A stretch of DNA of 64,000 bases, taken from contig CAZUPP010000007.1 of assembly GCA_964622095.1 (NCBI GenBank), positions 16,823 to 80,822 of the forward strand, given 5' to 3'. A model generated the notes under the pieces. It had not been told where the DNA came from. It ran no database searches and saw only the letters and a list, made by a program, of their open reading frames with translations. This document shows positions 1 to 9,675 of this stretch, piece by piece (positions within the stretch are counted from its first letter, which is position 1; each line of letters opens with the position of its first letter). This DNA is from an uncultured Verrucomicrobiales bacterium (lineage in GTDB: Bacteria > Verrucomicrobiota > Verrucomicrobiia > Verrucomicrobiales > CAZUPP01). Both the position numbers and the translations under genes were made by a program.

Positions 1-49
1 GGAAGAGTTCCGTCCTGGCCAGAGCAAAGACGACGGTGACGACAAGTAA
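1..49 (+). CDS. 3' end of an upstream gene (partial), possibly tgt
   Basis: Frame from position 2 reads EEFRPGQSKDDGDDK then TAA at 47-49, just upstream of yajC. tgt-yajC-secD is a common order, but identity cannot be shown from 15 aa. Confidence 0.3.
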   Translation, partial: EEFRPGQSKDDGDDK

Positions 50-67
50 CCAGAGAGGCTGAGAACA

Positions 68-451
68 ATGACGACATTGCACGATTCAATCGCGCTGCTC
101 GCTCAGGGGCAGGGTGGCGGAGACTTCATGACGATGATCATTTATTTGGGCATCTTCATGGTCATCTTTTACTACATCGCCATCCGGCCGCAGAAAAAAC
201 GGCAGCAGCAGCACTCCGACATGGTCAAGGCCCTCAAAACAGGGGACCGGATCATCACGGCAGGCGGCATTCACGGGATGATCACCAATACCAAGGAACA
301 CTCCGTCATGCTGAAAGTGGCGGACAACGTGAAGATCGAAGTGCTGCGCACCTCGATTGATCGGGTCGTGAAATCAGCAGAGGGTGGCGAGGAAGAGAGC
401 GCAAATTTCGAGGCCGGCGAAGCGAGCAAAGAACTCGCGGCAAAACGTTGA
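68..451 (+). CDS. yajC: Preprotein translocase subunit YajC
   Basis: One TM segment followed by IRPQKKRQ...LKTGDRIITAGGIHG, the YajC signature; lies upstream of secDF. Confidence 0.95.
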   Translation: MTTLHDSIALLAQGQGGGDFMTMIIYLGIFMVIFYYIAIRPQKKRQQQHSDMVKALKTGDRIITAGGIHGMITNTKEHSVMLKVADNVKIEVLRTSIDRVVKSAEGGEEESANFEAGEASKELAAKR

Positions 452-483
452 AGGCCGGTCTCGCTGGGAAGGACAATGCTGCC

Positions 484-1287
484 ATGAAAGCGACCCGGCT
501 CTTCCTTTTGATCACGCTTTGGCTGAGCGCTGGCGCAGGGTTAAATGCTTCGGATGAGCCAGGCCGGGAGTTTGAATTTCGCTATGAACTGAGCGCGGAG
601 CTCAATCCGGAGAAAGGAAAGGTGCTCGCGGGCGCCATCGAAGAGGCGTTGGAAAAGCGACTCCAGGGTTATCGTGCTGCGAAAGTATCGGTAGATGCCG
701 CGGAACGGTCGATCACCGTTCAGGTCGATGACAGAGAGGTGGCGCCGGAACAGATCGTGCGGAGTGTGACGCAGCCGGGGAGGGTGGCTTTTCATAGGGT
801 CCACCTGGAATCCGAACGACTTGGACCGCTGATCGAAGCAAGTGAGGCTGAAACGCCGAGCGGTTACGAACTGAGAGATTTGATCCACGAAAAAGACGAA
901 GGAAAGACTGATCGTGAAGTAATCCTTGTGCGGACCGAACCTGCGATCACGAGTGAGCGATTGGAGTCAGCCGAAGCCATTGTGGACACGTCGGGCTGGG
1001 GGATTGGTTTTACCTTCGACCGTGAAGGAGCGCAGCTATTTGGAGAGCTGACCGACGAGATGCGGCCGCAAGATGGGCGGCCTGGGCAGCGGCTGGCGAT
1101 TATTTTCGACGGGGAGATTCTGTCTGCTCCGACGATTCAGACTCAGATCTTCGAACGAGGACAGATCACCGGCTTTTTCACGAAGGGGGAAGCGCAGAGT
1201 TTGGCCAAGTCTCTCGAGTCTCCCTTGCCTGAGGGTGTGACGATAATTTACTCCGGTCAGACGGCAGCGGAAACGAAGCAAAATTAG
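484..1287 (+). CDS. Secreted stand-alone SecD periplasmic (P1/head) domain protein
   Basis: Signal peptide MKATRLFLLITLWLSAGAGLNA, then QRLAIIFDGEILSAPTIQTQI..GQITG.F...EAQSLA..L. No downstream TM helices. ATG at 484 chosen over the TTG at 448. Confidence 0.85.
   Translation: MKATRLFLLITLWLSAGAGLNASDEPGREFEFRYELSAELNPEKGKVLAGAIEEALEKRLQGYRAAKVSVDAAERSITVQVDDREVAPEQIVRSVTQPGRVAFHRVHLESERLGPLIEASEAETPSGYELRDLIHEKDEGKTDREVILVRTEPAITSERLESAEAIVDTSGWGIGFTFDREGAQLFGELTDEMRPQDGRPGQRLAIIFDGEILSAPTIQTQIFERGQITGFFTKGEAQSLAKSLESPLPEGVTIIYSGQTAAETKQN
1021..1173 (+). repeat. Diverged direct repeat, copy 1 (copy 2 at 2020-2172)
   Basis: cgtgaaggagc...atgcg.cc.caagatgg.c.gcctgg.cagcg.ctggc.att...gctccgacgat.caga..cagatc aligns without gaps at an offset of 999 bp between the SecD-like gene and secDF. 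Confidence 0.8.
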
Positions 1288-1356
1288 GGTTTGCCGCGGA
1301 GAGGATGAGATAGAGAATCTCTCCCGCCTCATTTGCCTCTGAGCACTCCATTCACC

Positions 1357-3729
1357 ATGAACGAGCAGATCCTCATTTTCATCTTTGGCCTCATCACCCT
1401 GGCGCTCTTCGGGTGGTATTTCGCGACGGAAGTCAGCCGGATCCGGCGCATTTTGGGCTCGGTCCTGGCCGTCTTTGTGACCGCGTTCTGCGTGTATTCC
1501 ATTGTGCCGCCGGAGGAGACGATCCAACTGGGGATGGACCTGCAGGGCGGGGTGTCCTATGAGTTGTCCCTCAGTCAGCGCGAAGGGGTGGAAGATGATA
1601 AGATCACGGACGCTGATCTGGAACAGGCAGTCGAGCAGATCCGGGAAAGGATCGACCCGGACGGGCTGAAGAATGCCATCGTCCAGCCAACCGAGGATAA
1701 CTATATCTTCGTGCAGCTCCCTGGAGTGGAAGTGGAGGACGCGGAGAAATACCGGGAGATTCTGGAAAAAGTCGCCAAGCTTGAATTCAAGGAAGTCCAC
1801 CCGGAGAGTGGCCGTCTGATTGCCCAAATCGAAGCCGGAGAAGCGGAGCGTCCGACCGGCTACCGGATTCAGGAAATCGAAGAAGAAGATCCTGAAACGG
1901 GAAAAATAGAAATCGAAAAGATCCTCGTGCGAATTCGCCCGGAGATGACCGGGAAAAATCTGGTCAGTGCGACGCCAATGTTTGGTCAGCAGGGCTGGCA
2001 AATTGATTTCGCGCTCAACCGTGAAGGAGCCAAACAATTCGGACAGATCACCGAGCGCATGCGTCCACAAGATGGTCAGCCTGGCCAGCGCCTGGCCATT
2101 GTGTTGGATGGCGAAGTGATTTCCGCTCCGACGATCCAGAGCCAGATCACGGACCGTGGGCAGATCACAGGTAATTTTTCTCAGGAAGAAGCGCAGGACC
2201 TTGCCACATCCCTGGAGAATCCCCTGCAGGTTTCTCCAAAAATCGAAAGCAGCCGCGCGATTTCCGCTTCGCTCGGGCAGGATTCGATCAGGAGCGGGGT
2301 GGTCGCGGCTGTCTCCGGTCTGATCGCAACGCTGATTTGTGTGGCGCTCTATTATCGTTTTGCCGGGGTTATTGCGCTCATCGGGATCACCATAAATATC
2401 GCGATTCTCTTCGGGTTGATGGCAATGTTCGGTTTCGTCCTGACACTGCCAGGGATTGCGGGGATCATTCTGACCATCGGGATGGCGGTGGACGCTAACG
2501 TGCTGATCTTCGAGCGCTTCAAAGAAGAGCGGGCGGCGGGAAAAGAACTGAAACCATCCATAGAAGGCGCCTATAATAAAGCACTCAGTGCGATTCTGGA
2601 TGCGAACGTGACCACGCTGATTACTGCGCTCATTCTCTATTCGACCGCGGAGGGACCAATCAAAGGGTTCGCGATTACCCTGACCCTGGGAATTGTGGCG
2701 AGTATGTTCGCCGCGCTGCTGGTCACGCGGAATATCTTCGATTGGCTGTTGTTTAAAGGCTGGCTCAAAAAGCTCAGTATGAGCAGCTTCCTGACGAACA
2801 CGAAAATAAATTTTCTCGGGAAACGGAAGCTCGCGGCGCTTTTCTCTCTATTTTTGATCGCGGTTGCGGTCGCGATGTTTGTTGTAAAAGGAAAAGATAC
2901 CTTGGGGCAGGATTTCCGGGGAGGGGATCTCTTACGTCTGAAAGTGACGGGGGAAATATCGAATTCAGAAATCCGGGATGAGCTGGGAGGGCTGAATCTG
3001 GGCGAGGTCAGTGTGCAGACCGAACGCACAGCAGAGGGTCAGGAATTCAAGGCGATTTACAGCCCCTTTGATTCGTCCCCGGCCATCCAGGAAGCCTTGC
3101 TTTCAAAACACGGTGACTCCCTGGAATACTATGATGGTGAATCCGTCGGCCCACGGGTGGGGGCCTCCCTGCTGGAGAAAAGCGCACTGGCTTTGCTGCT
3201 CGGTTTATTTGGGATCCTGCTCTACGTCAGTGTGCGCTTTGAATTTTCCTTTGCCCTTGGTGCGCTGGCCGCGGTGGTGCATGATGTGGTGGTTGTGACC
3301 GGGATATTTGTCCTGCTGGGCGGACAATTATCGATCATGTTTGTGGGTGCCGTTTTGACGGTGGCAGGGTATTCGATTAACGACACCATCGTGGTTTTTG
3401 ACCGGATTCGAGAGCGACTTAAAACCGGGGCGCGACGGGATATCATCTATCTGATTAACGAAAGTTTGAACCAGACCCTGCAGCGCACCTTGCTCACCAG
3501 CGCTACTACTCTTGTCACGATCATCGTCCTGCTCATTTTCGGCGGGGTCGTTTTACGTGATTTTGCTCTGGTGCTGTTTCTCGGTATTATCGTGGGGACC
3601 TACTCGTCCATCTTTGTCGCTTCACCGATTGTCCTGTGGTGGGCACGCCTCCGCGGACAGGATCTGCGGACGGAAGTTCGCCGGGCGGAGGCAGAAGGCG
3701 GGGAAGGCACGATCACTTCGCAGGCCTGA
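1357..3729 (+). CDS. secDF: Protein translocase subunit SecDF (fused SecD-SecF)
   Basis: LGMDLQGG; LTLPGIAGIILTIGMAVDANVLIFER; LGQDFRGG; GYSINDTIVVFDRIRE; GTYSSIFVASP. Confidence 0.97.
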   Translation: MNEQILIFIFGLITLALFGWYFATEVSRIRRILGSVLAVFVTAFCVYSIVPPEETIQLGMDLQGGVSYELSLSQREGVEDDKITDADLEQAVEQIRERIDPDGLKNAIVQPTEDNYIFVQLPGVEVEDAEKYREILEKVAKLEFKEVHPESGRLIAQIEAGEAERPTGYRIQEIEEEDPETGKIEIEKILVRIRPEMTGKNLVSATPMFGQQGWQIDFALNREGAKQFGQITERMRPQDGQPGQRLAIVLDGEVISAPTIQSQITDRGQITGNFSQEEAQDLATSLENPLQVSPKIESSRAISASLGQDSIRSGVVAAVSGLIATLICVALYYRFAGVIALIGITINIAILFGLMAMFGFVLTLPGIAGIILTIGMAVDANVLIFERFKEERAAGKELKPSIEGAYNKALSAILDANVTTLITALILYSTAEGPIKGFAITLTLGIVASMFAALLVTRNIFDWLLFKGWLKKLSMSSFLTNTKINFLGKRKLAALFSLFLIAVAVAMFVVKGKDTLGQDFRGGDLLRLKVTGEISNSEIRDELGGLNLGEVSVQTERTAEGQEFKAIYSPFDSSPAIQEALLSKHGDSLEYYDGESVGPRVGASLLEKSALALLLGLFGILLYVSVRFEFSFALGALAAVVHDVVVVTGIFVLLGGQLSIMFVGAVLTVAGYSINDTIVVFDRIRERLKTGARRDIIYLINESLNQTLQRTLLTSATTLVTIIVLLIFGGVVLRDFALVLFLGIIVGTYSSIFVASPIVLWWARLRGQDLRTEVRRAEAEGGEGTITSQA

Positions 3730-3787
3730 TTGGAGCGACCTCGCCGGAGCCTTGCCAGACGCAGCGCAGGTGGTTAATTATGGGGAG

Positions 3788-4744
3788 ATGACCGGTCCGG
3801 CCTCCGTTTCCATTTCACCTGCAGGGTGTTCCGCCGTCAAGGGGGCGGTGCGTTCGGGCCATGCTCCAGAAGTCGTTGAAATTGAGCCGCCTCATCTGAA
3901 TTCGTGTCCGGCAGAGATCACCCGGCAGTCCGGCTCGAATCTGGCTTTGACCTTTTTTTCCCTGCCGAAAAAGCGCCGGAAAGACATGGCGGTGCTCTAT
4001 GCATTCTGCCGGGTGGTGGATGACATCGTGGATGAAGAAGAAAATCTGTCCGGGGACGTTTCCCGGCAGGCGCAGCTTGAAGCGTGGGCAGAATTTTTCC
4101 GAAATCCCAGCGCCGGGCCCGCCTTAACCCGGGAGGGACTGGGAGCACAGTTGCGCCAATTGATGCGGGACTATGAAATCGGGGCAGATTTGTTTCTGGC
4201 GGTAATTCGCGGGATGGAAATGGATCTGACGATTTCCCGTTACCCGAATATGGATGCGCTGCTGGCCTACTGCTATCACGCGGCCTCGGCGGTTGGACTG
4301 ATCAGTATCAGAATCTTTGGCTGCCGTGATCCGCAATGTACACGTTACGCCACGCACCTGGGTTACGCTCTGCAGTTGACAAATATACTACGGGATGTGG
4401 GAGCGGACCTGAGGCGTGACCGCATTTACCTTCCGCAGGATCTAATGCAGCGCCATGGGGTGAGGGAAGAACATCTGCGGAAGGGTGCGGCGGAAGATGG
4501 ATGGCGCAGGGTGATGAGCGAGGTGAGGCAGGAAGCCGAAAAGCAGTTTCAGCTGGCGCGCGAATTATTGCCCGGCAAAGAGCGGCGACCGCTGGTTGCT
4601 GCCCGTCTGATGAGCCGGGTTTATGGGAAATTACTGAAACGTATTCATCGGGCGGGATACAATAGTCTGACGGTGCGGCACCGGTTAACTGTGTTTGAAA
4701 AAATAACGGCACTTTTTCAAGTGCTCATCCTGGGAAAATCATAG
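3788..4744 (+). CDS. Squalene/phytoene synthase family protein (HpnD/CrtB-like)
   Basis: LYAFCRVVDDIVD, YCYHAASAVG, LGYALQLTNILRDVGAD, RIYLPQD. Start position uncertain. Confidence 0.9.
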   Translation: MTGPASVSISPAGCSAVKGAVRSGHAPEVVEIEPPHLNSCPAEITRQSGSNLALTFFSLPKKRRKDMAVLYAFCRVVDDIVDEEENLSGDVSRQAQLEAWAEFFRNPSAGPALTREGLGAQLRQLMRDYEIGADLFLAVIRGMEMDLTISRYPNMDALLAYCYHAASAVGLISIRIFGCRDPQCTRYATHLGYALQLTNILRDVGADLRRDRIYLPQDLMQRHGVREEHLRKGAAEDGWRRVMSEVRQEAEKQFQLARELLPGKERRPLVAARLMSRVYGKLLKRIHRAGYNSLTVRHRLTVFEKITALFQVLILGKS

Positions 4745-4758
4745 ATTCATCCAATCAA

Positions 4759-5046
4759 ATGAAGCTTCACGCCAAAATTGCGCTCGTAAGTTGCGGAGTC
4801 ATCATGCTCTGCCTGACCGCCTGCTCCCGGCCTGCGCCCAAACTCCGCACGATGGATTACGGTCCGGCCGCCCCGGCGGTAGTTGATGGGGGTTATGTTG
4901 ATGGCACGATGCCAATGGCGGGAGGCACCGTCCCTTTTTCCAGTGGGGCAGCCACGGTCTATGATTCACCGGAAGCGGGGGAGATCAACGAAACAGTTTC
5001 CCCCGCCCCCACAGCGGGTATAGGAAATTACGGCCCGGCCTGGTAA
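4759..5046 (+). CDS. Small putative lipoprotein
   Basis: Signal peptide ending in lipobox-like LTAC, followed by a Pro/Gly-rich mature part. Confidence 0.7.
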   Translation: MKLHAKIALVSCGVIMLCLTACSRPAPKLRTMDYGPAAPAVVDGGYVDGTMPMAGGTVPFSSGAATVYDSPEAGEINETVSPAPTAGIGNYGPAW

Positions 5047-5085
5047 GCCTGAAGCCCGAATGACAGACACGGCTCCCCCCGCACC

Positions 5086-6405
5086 TCAGATGACGGTGCC
5101 TGACGGGATAAGAGTGTTTTTGGCCACCACCACAATTCCGTCGCGGATGTGAAATAAATCCGCGTCCATTGTAGCTGGCTTGCCTTCCGGACTGATACGA
5201 ACATTATCCCCAATGCGTGCGTTTTTATCGATAATGGCCCGTTCAATGTGACAATTCTGTCCGATCCCGACCGGAATAGACAAATCGCCGAAATCTTCAT
5301 CCGCCGTGCGGGAATCTTCACCGGGATAAAAATCAGCGCCCATGAGGACGCTGTCTTTCACCGTTGTCCCGTTCTGGATGATACTGCGGATCCCAACGAG
5401 AGAATTCTCAATCCTGACATCGGTCAGCATGCATCCGTCCGAAAGGATGGCGCGGTCAATGTGGGCACGATTGATTTTACTCGCCGGCAAGAACCGGGAG
5501 TGAGTAAAGATTGGGTGATTCTTTTCGAAAAAAGAAAACGGCGGATTGGGGGAAACCAGGGCGAGATTGGCCTGGTAAAAGCTGCGGATACTTCCGATAT
5601 CTTCCCAGTAACCCTGGAAAATGTAGGCGTTTACTTTGTAATTCTTGATTGCATCCGGAATGATGTCCTTGCCGAAATCCGGCTTAGCGGTATTGAGACA
5701 CTCCTTCAAGACCTCACGATTGAAAATATATATTCCCATGGAGGCCTGGTAGAGATCTTCACCTTCATGCTTGCCGATTTCAGAAAGGAGACCGGGAGGA
5801 ATGCGCAGGGAATCCAGCACGTCATCCTTTTTCGGTTTTTCAACAAACTTGTAAATGCAGCGTTCGGCGTCCGTATGCATAATGCCGAAACCCTTGGCGT
5901 TCTCGCGATTCACCGGAATGGTGGCGATGGTAATATCTGAGTTTTTCCGGATGTGCTGGTCGAGAACATCTTTAAAATTCAGGCTGTAGAGCTGGTCTCC
6001 GCTGAGGATGAGAAAATACTTATAGGGCTGCATCAGGAAATAGCGCAGATTCTGCCGGACGGCGTCCGCCGTGCCTTGGTACCAGTTTGCCCCCCCGGGG
6101 GTCTGTTGCGCGGCGAGAATTTCCACAAACCCGGGCATAAAGGGATCAAACCGGTAGGTATTGTGGATGTGCCGGTGCAGGGAAACGCTGTTAAACTGAG
6201 TAAGAATATAGATTTTACGGAGATTACTCAGGAGACAGTTGGAAATAGGGATATCAACCAGCCGGTATTTTCCGCCGAGGGGAACGGCAGGTTTGGAACG
6301 GTCTTTGGTCAGGGGGAAAAGACGAGTACCGGCTCCGCCCCCCATGATGATGGACAGGGTGTCACTGGCGGCGGCGTGGAGGTCCGGGGAAGGTGTTTCT
6401 GACAT
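5086..6405 (-). CDS. glgC: Glucose-1-phosphate adenylyltransferase
   Basis: GGGAGTRLFPLTKDRSKPAVPLGGKYRLVDIP, WYQGTADAVRQN, SMGIY, GYWEDIG. Confidence 0.97.
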   Translation of the reverse strand: MSETPSPDLHAAASDTLSIIMGGGAGTRLFPLTKDRSKPAVPLGGKYRLVDIPISNCLLSNLRKIYILTQFNSVSLHRHIHNTYRFDPFMPGFVEILAAQQTPGGANWYQGTADAVRQNLRYFLMQPYKYFLILSGDQLYSLNFKDVLDQHIRKNSDITIATIPVNRENAKGFGIMHTDAERCIYKFVEKPKKDDVLDSLRIPPGLLSEIGKHEGEDLYQASMGIYIFNREVLKECLNTAKPDFGKDIIPDAIKNYKVNAYIFQGYWEDIGSIRSFYQANLALVSPNPPFSFFEKNHPIFTHSRFLPASKINRAHIDRAILSDGCMLTDVRIENSLVGIRSIIQNGTTVKDSVLMGADFYPGEDSRTADEDFGDLSIPVGIGQNCHIERAIIDKNARIGDNVRISPEGKPATMDADLFHIRDGIVVVAKNTLIPSGTVI

Positions 6406-6693
6406 GGTATTTCTGTGAAGGAATGCGGGACAAGGGATGGAACGGATGGAATGCAGTGGGGCAGTTTAACGGGAGCGGAGCGTTGCGCTCGTTTTTCCGG
6501 GAAACGGATGGAGATTATCTTTTGGCCAGATGGCAGGCCACGGAAGGGAGCGCTAATCCGCGACGGGAACAGCGGTCAACTTCGATAACCACGCCTTGGG
6601 ATGGTAGCGAACTTGCCGATTGCAGGCTACCCTAAACTTTGAGAACGTCTTCAAACCAAACAACGAAATTGCCCCCGGGCACCTTTCTCAGAT

Positions 6694-8559
6694 ATGTGTG
6701 GAATTCTCGGCTATATTGGAACGGAACGCGCGCTGCCCCTGCTCGTCAATGGGCTGCGGCGCCTGGAGTATCGCGGCTATGATTCGGCCGGGGTCGCGGT
6801 GCGCAACGGGGAAGGGCTTTATCTGCGAAAGAAGGCGGGGCGCATTGATGAACTGGCACGCCTGATCGGAGAGGACAGCTCGATTGAGGGATCCCTTGGG
6901 ATCAGCCACACGCGGTGGGCCACCCACGGCGGGGTGACGGATGAAAATGCCCACCCGCACCTGGACCAGTCCGGGAAGCTGGTGGTGGTGCATAACGGGG
7001 TGATCGAGAACTACCGCACCCTTCAGAATGAGCTGCTCTCCCGCGGGCATGTCTTCCGGAGTGAAACGGATACGGAAGTGCTGGCGCATCTGGTGGGGGA
7101 AGAGCTGGAAAAGCTTATCGCGGGTAACGGAAACCGGCCGATGAAGGACATGATGGTGGAGGCGCTGCGCAAAGCGCTGCCCATGGTGAGCGGGACCTAC
7201 GGGATGGTGCTGTTTCATTTGGACGAGCCAAATCTGCTTGTCGGAGCGCGGCGGGGCAGCCCGCTGGTTGTCGGCGTGGGTGAAGGAGAAAACTTCATCG
7301 GCAGCGATGTCAGCCCGATGGTGGCGCATACGCAGCGAGCCATTTACCTGAATGACTATGACATCGCGATCGTGGAGCGGGATGATCTGGACGTGGTCTC
7401 GATGCAGGGCGGGGTGACGCAGTTTGAGATCAGCAAGGTGGAGTACTCCGATGAGGATGTGCAGTTGGGCCAGTTCGAGCACTACATGCTCAAGGAGATC
7501 TACGAGCAGCCGGAAGCGGTAGGCAATGCGATGCGTGGGCGTCTGGACCGGGAAGCCGCGACGGCCACCCTGGGCGGGCTCAATATGAGTCCCAGTGAGC
7601 TGCTGGATATCGACCGCATTGTCTTTACCGGTTGCGGCACGGCGCTTCACGCCGGCATGGTGGGTGAATACCTCATTGAGGGCCTGGCGCATCTGCCCTG
7701 TGAGGTGGAGTTCGCCAGTGAGTTTCGTTACCGGAACATACCCATCACGAAGAACACGCTGATCATGGCAATCAGCCAGAGCGGTGAGACCGCGGATACT
7801 CTCGCGGCGATGCGGGAAACCCAGCGGCGAGGTTACCGGACCCTGGGCATTGTCAATACCGTCGGCAGCACGATCGCGCGGGAGAGTGACGGCGGGGTCT
7901 ACATGTATGCGGGTCCGGAAATCGGGGTAGCCGCAACGAAGAGCTTTGTTTCGCAGTTGGTCATACTCACCCTCTTATCGCTTCGGCTGGGAAGAATGCG
8001 GTATCTTTCGACGGAGCAGGGCACCCGCCTGATCGAGGCACTGGAGCGGCTGCCTGACCAGATCAATCAGGTCCTGGAGCAGAATGACCATATCAAACGC
8101 GTCGCCGAGAAATATGCGGATAGTGTGGGGATGCTCTACATGGGGCGGCAGCTCAACTACCCGGTGGCCATTGAAGGGGCTCTGAAGATGAAGGAGATCA
8201 CTTACATCCACGCCAGCGGTCACCCCAGTGCGGAGCTCAAGCATGGCTACATCGCCCTGGTGAATCCGGATACGCCGAGCATTTTTATCGCCCCGGACGA
8301 TGCCGTCTATGAGAAGAATGTCAGCAACATTCAGGAGGTCCGGGCACGGAAGGGAAGGGTCATTGCGATTGGGACAGAGGGTAATGATGGGCTCCGGGAG
8401 CTTTGCGATGATGTCATTTACATCCCGCGCACCGAGCACTATGTGACCCCGATTCTCAGTGTCATTCCGCTCCAGCTTTTCGCGTATCACATCGGGGTGG
8501 CGCTCGGCCGGGATGTGGACAAACCGCGGAATCTGGCGAAAAGCGTGACCGTGGAGTAG
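6694..8559 (+). CDS. glmS: Glutamine-fructose-6-phosphate aminotransferase
   Basis: MCGI, LEYRGYDSAG, HTRWATHG, SQSGETADT, DKPRNLAKSVTVE. Confidence 0.98.
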   Translation: MCGILGYIGTERALPLLVNGLRRLEYRGYDSAGVAVRNGEGLYLRKKAGRIDELARLIGEDSSIEGSLGISHTRWATHGGVTDENAHPHLDQSGKLVVVHNGVIENYRTLQNELLSRGHVFRSETDTEVLAHLVGEELEKLIAGNGNRPMKDMMVEALRKALPMVSGTYGMVLFHLDEPNLLVGARRGSPLVVGVGEGENFIGSDVSPMVAHTQRAIYLNDYDIAIVERDDLDVVSMQGGVTQFEISKVEYSDEDVQLGQFEHYMLKEIYEQPEAVGNAMRGRLDREAATATLGGLNMSPSELLDIDRIVFTGCGTALHAGMVGEYLIEGLAHLPCEVEFASEFRYRNIPITKNTLIMAISQSGETADTLAAMRETQRRGYRTLGIVNTVGSTIARESDGGVYMYAGPEIGVAATKSFVSQLVILTLLSLRLGRMRYLSTEQGTRLIEALERLPDQINQVLEQNDHIKRVAEKYADSVGMLYMGRQLNYPVAIEGALKMKEITYIHASGHPSAELKHGYIALVNPDTPSIFIAPDDAVYEKNVSNIQEVRARKGRVIAIGTEGNDGLRELCDDVIYIPRTEHYVTPILSVIPLQLFAYHIGVALGRDVDKPRNLAKSVTVE

Positions 8560-8612
8560 GAGCAGGGGCGTTGAGAAAGTGAGCATTGATCTGGCACTGA
8601 CGTCAGAATTCA

Positions 8613-8745
8613 ATGAAGGCGGCTCCATGCAGACAAGTTTCTGAGCGAAGACGGTCTGGATCTGAAAAACCTGATGTGGGAGGAGCTTCTGGTTTAATGG
8701 GACCAGTGGTTGCGCCAGGCGCTGCAACCTGGAGCGCGAAGACAG
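8613..8745 (+). pseudogene. Possible degraded small gene remnant
   Basis: Frame reads LHADKFLSEDGLDLKNLMWEELLV*WDQWLRQA with an internal TAA at 8695-8697; the ATG at 8613 is out of frame. Confidence 0.3.
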
Positions 8746-8769
8746 GTGTTTGTAGATTTTAGCGGGGTG

Positions 8770-9675
8770 CTAAATCTGTGCGGCGATTTCCGCAAAGGCG
8801 GCGCGAAGCTGCTCGAGCTGAGGAGAATTGAGGCCTGGGGAAAGCATGAGACCCAGGGCGAGCGCACCGCCGTCACCGGCCTGCGCATCCTGTGCAATCA
8901 GGTAAAAGCGATGTTGATCAGCCAGTGGTGCTTCGATGAATCCAGCGGCAGGACTTTGGCAGTGAGCGGCGAGATCCTGCCAGCCGGCAAAGAATTCGGC
9001 AGCGGCCGCGACAATCCGGCGGGTGGTTTGCCGGGCAACGATCGTGCGTCCGGTCCGGTCGATAACCAACACCTGTTCCGCGCCCAGACTGCTGAGGCAG
9101 AAGTCCGCGAGATTCTCCAGGCGTTGTTCCGGAGTGCGGCCGGCGAAGCGGGGCAGGGGGGTAAGCGGTGGCTGGGATGGCGTCTCGGGAGCAGGCGTGG
9201 AACGGCGGTAACTTTCGGCCCGGGCGGGCGGCTGGTAGCTCTCAGGAGCCTCTGGTTGAGCCGCTTGAGAAATAATTGGTTCGCTGATGGTGGCCTGAAG
9301 GGACGCGATGGGTGGAGTGCCGGAGCGCTGACTGGGCGGGTTTGGCGTGGCGTCCGGGCTGAACGGACGTTCGGCCGGGGTATGGCTGAGCGGTTCTCCC
9401 GGGGCAAGAATGTCATAGTCCTCCGCGATCTCACGGTCCCAGCGGGCATAGGCTTCTTCCAGCGGGCTGCTTCTCGATTCACCGGTGGAGGTTTCCTCTG
9501 ATTCAGGCGTGGCAGGCCTGGAGACGGGAACACCGGTGGTCTCGGTTGTCTGGCGAGAGTCCTCAGGTTCCCGGGAGTCATCGTCCTCATGGCGCGGCCG
9601 GGCAATGCGGCTGCTTTGCGCCATGCGGCGCACTTCCTCTTCGTCAATCCAGGAGATTTTGTTTTCCTCGTTCAT
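8770..9675 (-). CDS. Hypothetical protein, Pro/Glu-rich N-terminus with a possible Roadblock/LC7-like C-terminal domain
   Basis: ATG at 9675 overlaps the parA 3' end; long low-complexity linker; C-terminal GAEQVLVIDRTGRTIVA alpha/beta pattern. Confidence 0.7.
   Translation of the reverse strand: MNEENKISWIDEEEVRRMAQSSRIARPRHEDDDSREPEDSRQTTETTGVPVSRPATPESEETSTGESRSSPLEEAYARWDREIAEDYDILAPGEPLSHTPAERPFSPDATPNPPSQRSGTPPIASLQATISEPIISQAAQPEAPESYQPPARAESYRRSTPAPETPSQPPLTPLPRFAGRTPEQRLENLADFCLSSLGAEQVLVIDRTGRTIVARQTTRRIVAAAAEFFAGWQDLAAHCQSPAAGFIEAPLADQHRFYLIAQDAQAGDGGALALGLMLSPGLNSPQLEQLRAAFAEIAAQI

Noticed and set aside
1036..2070. 344 aa minus-strand ORF
   Set aside because: Antisense shadow of the SecD-like and secDF genes with no protein motifs.
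3512..3787. N-terminal extension of the synthase ORF overlapping secDF
   Set aside because: Non-protein-like sequence overlapping secDF by more than 200 bp; the true start is downstream.
6406..6693. glmS ribozyme upstream of glmS
   Set aside because: An AGCGC is present near 6549, but the following conserved elements (GACGAGG, UAUCGA, CGGCGG) could not be found.
6688..7692. 334 aa minus-strand ORF
   Set aside because: Antisense shadow of glmS caused by GC-rich codon bias.
8710..9647. Overlapping 263 aa (+) and 249 aa (-) ORFs
   Set aside because: Arg/Gly/Pro-rich shadows of the ParA-partner gene.
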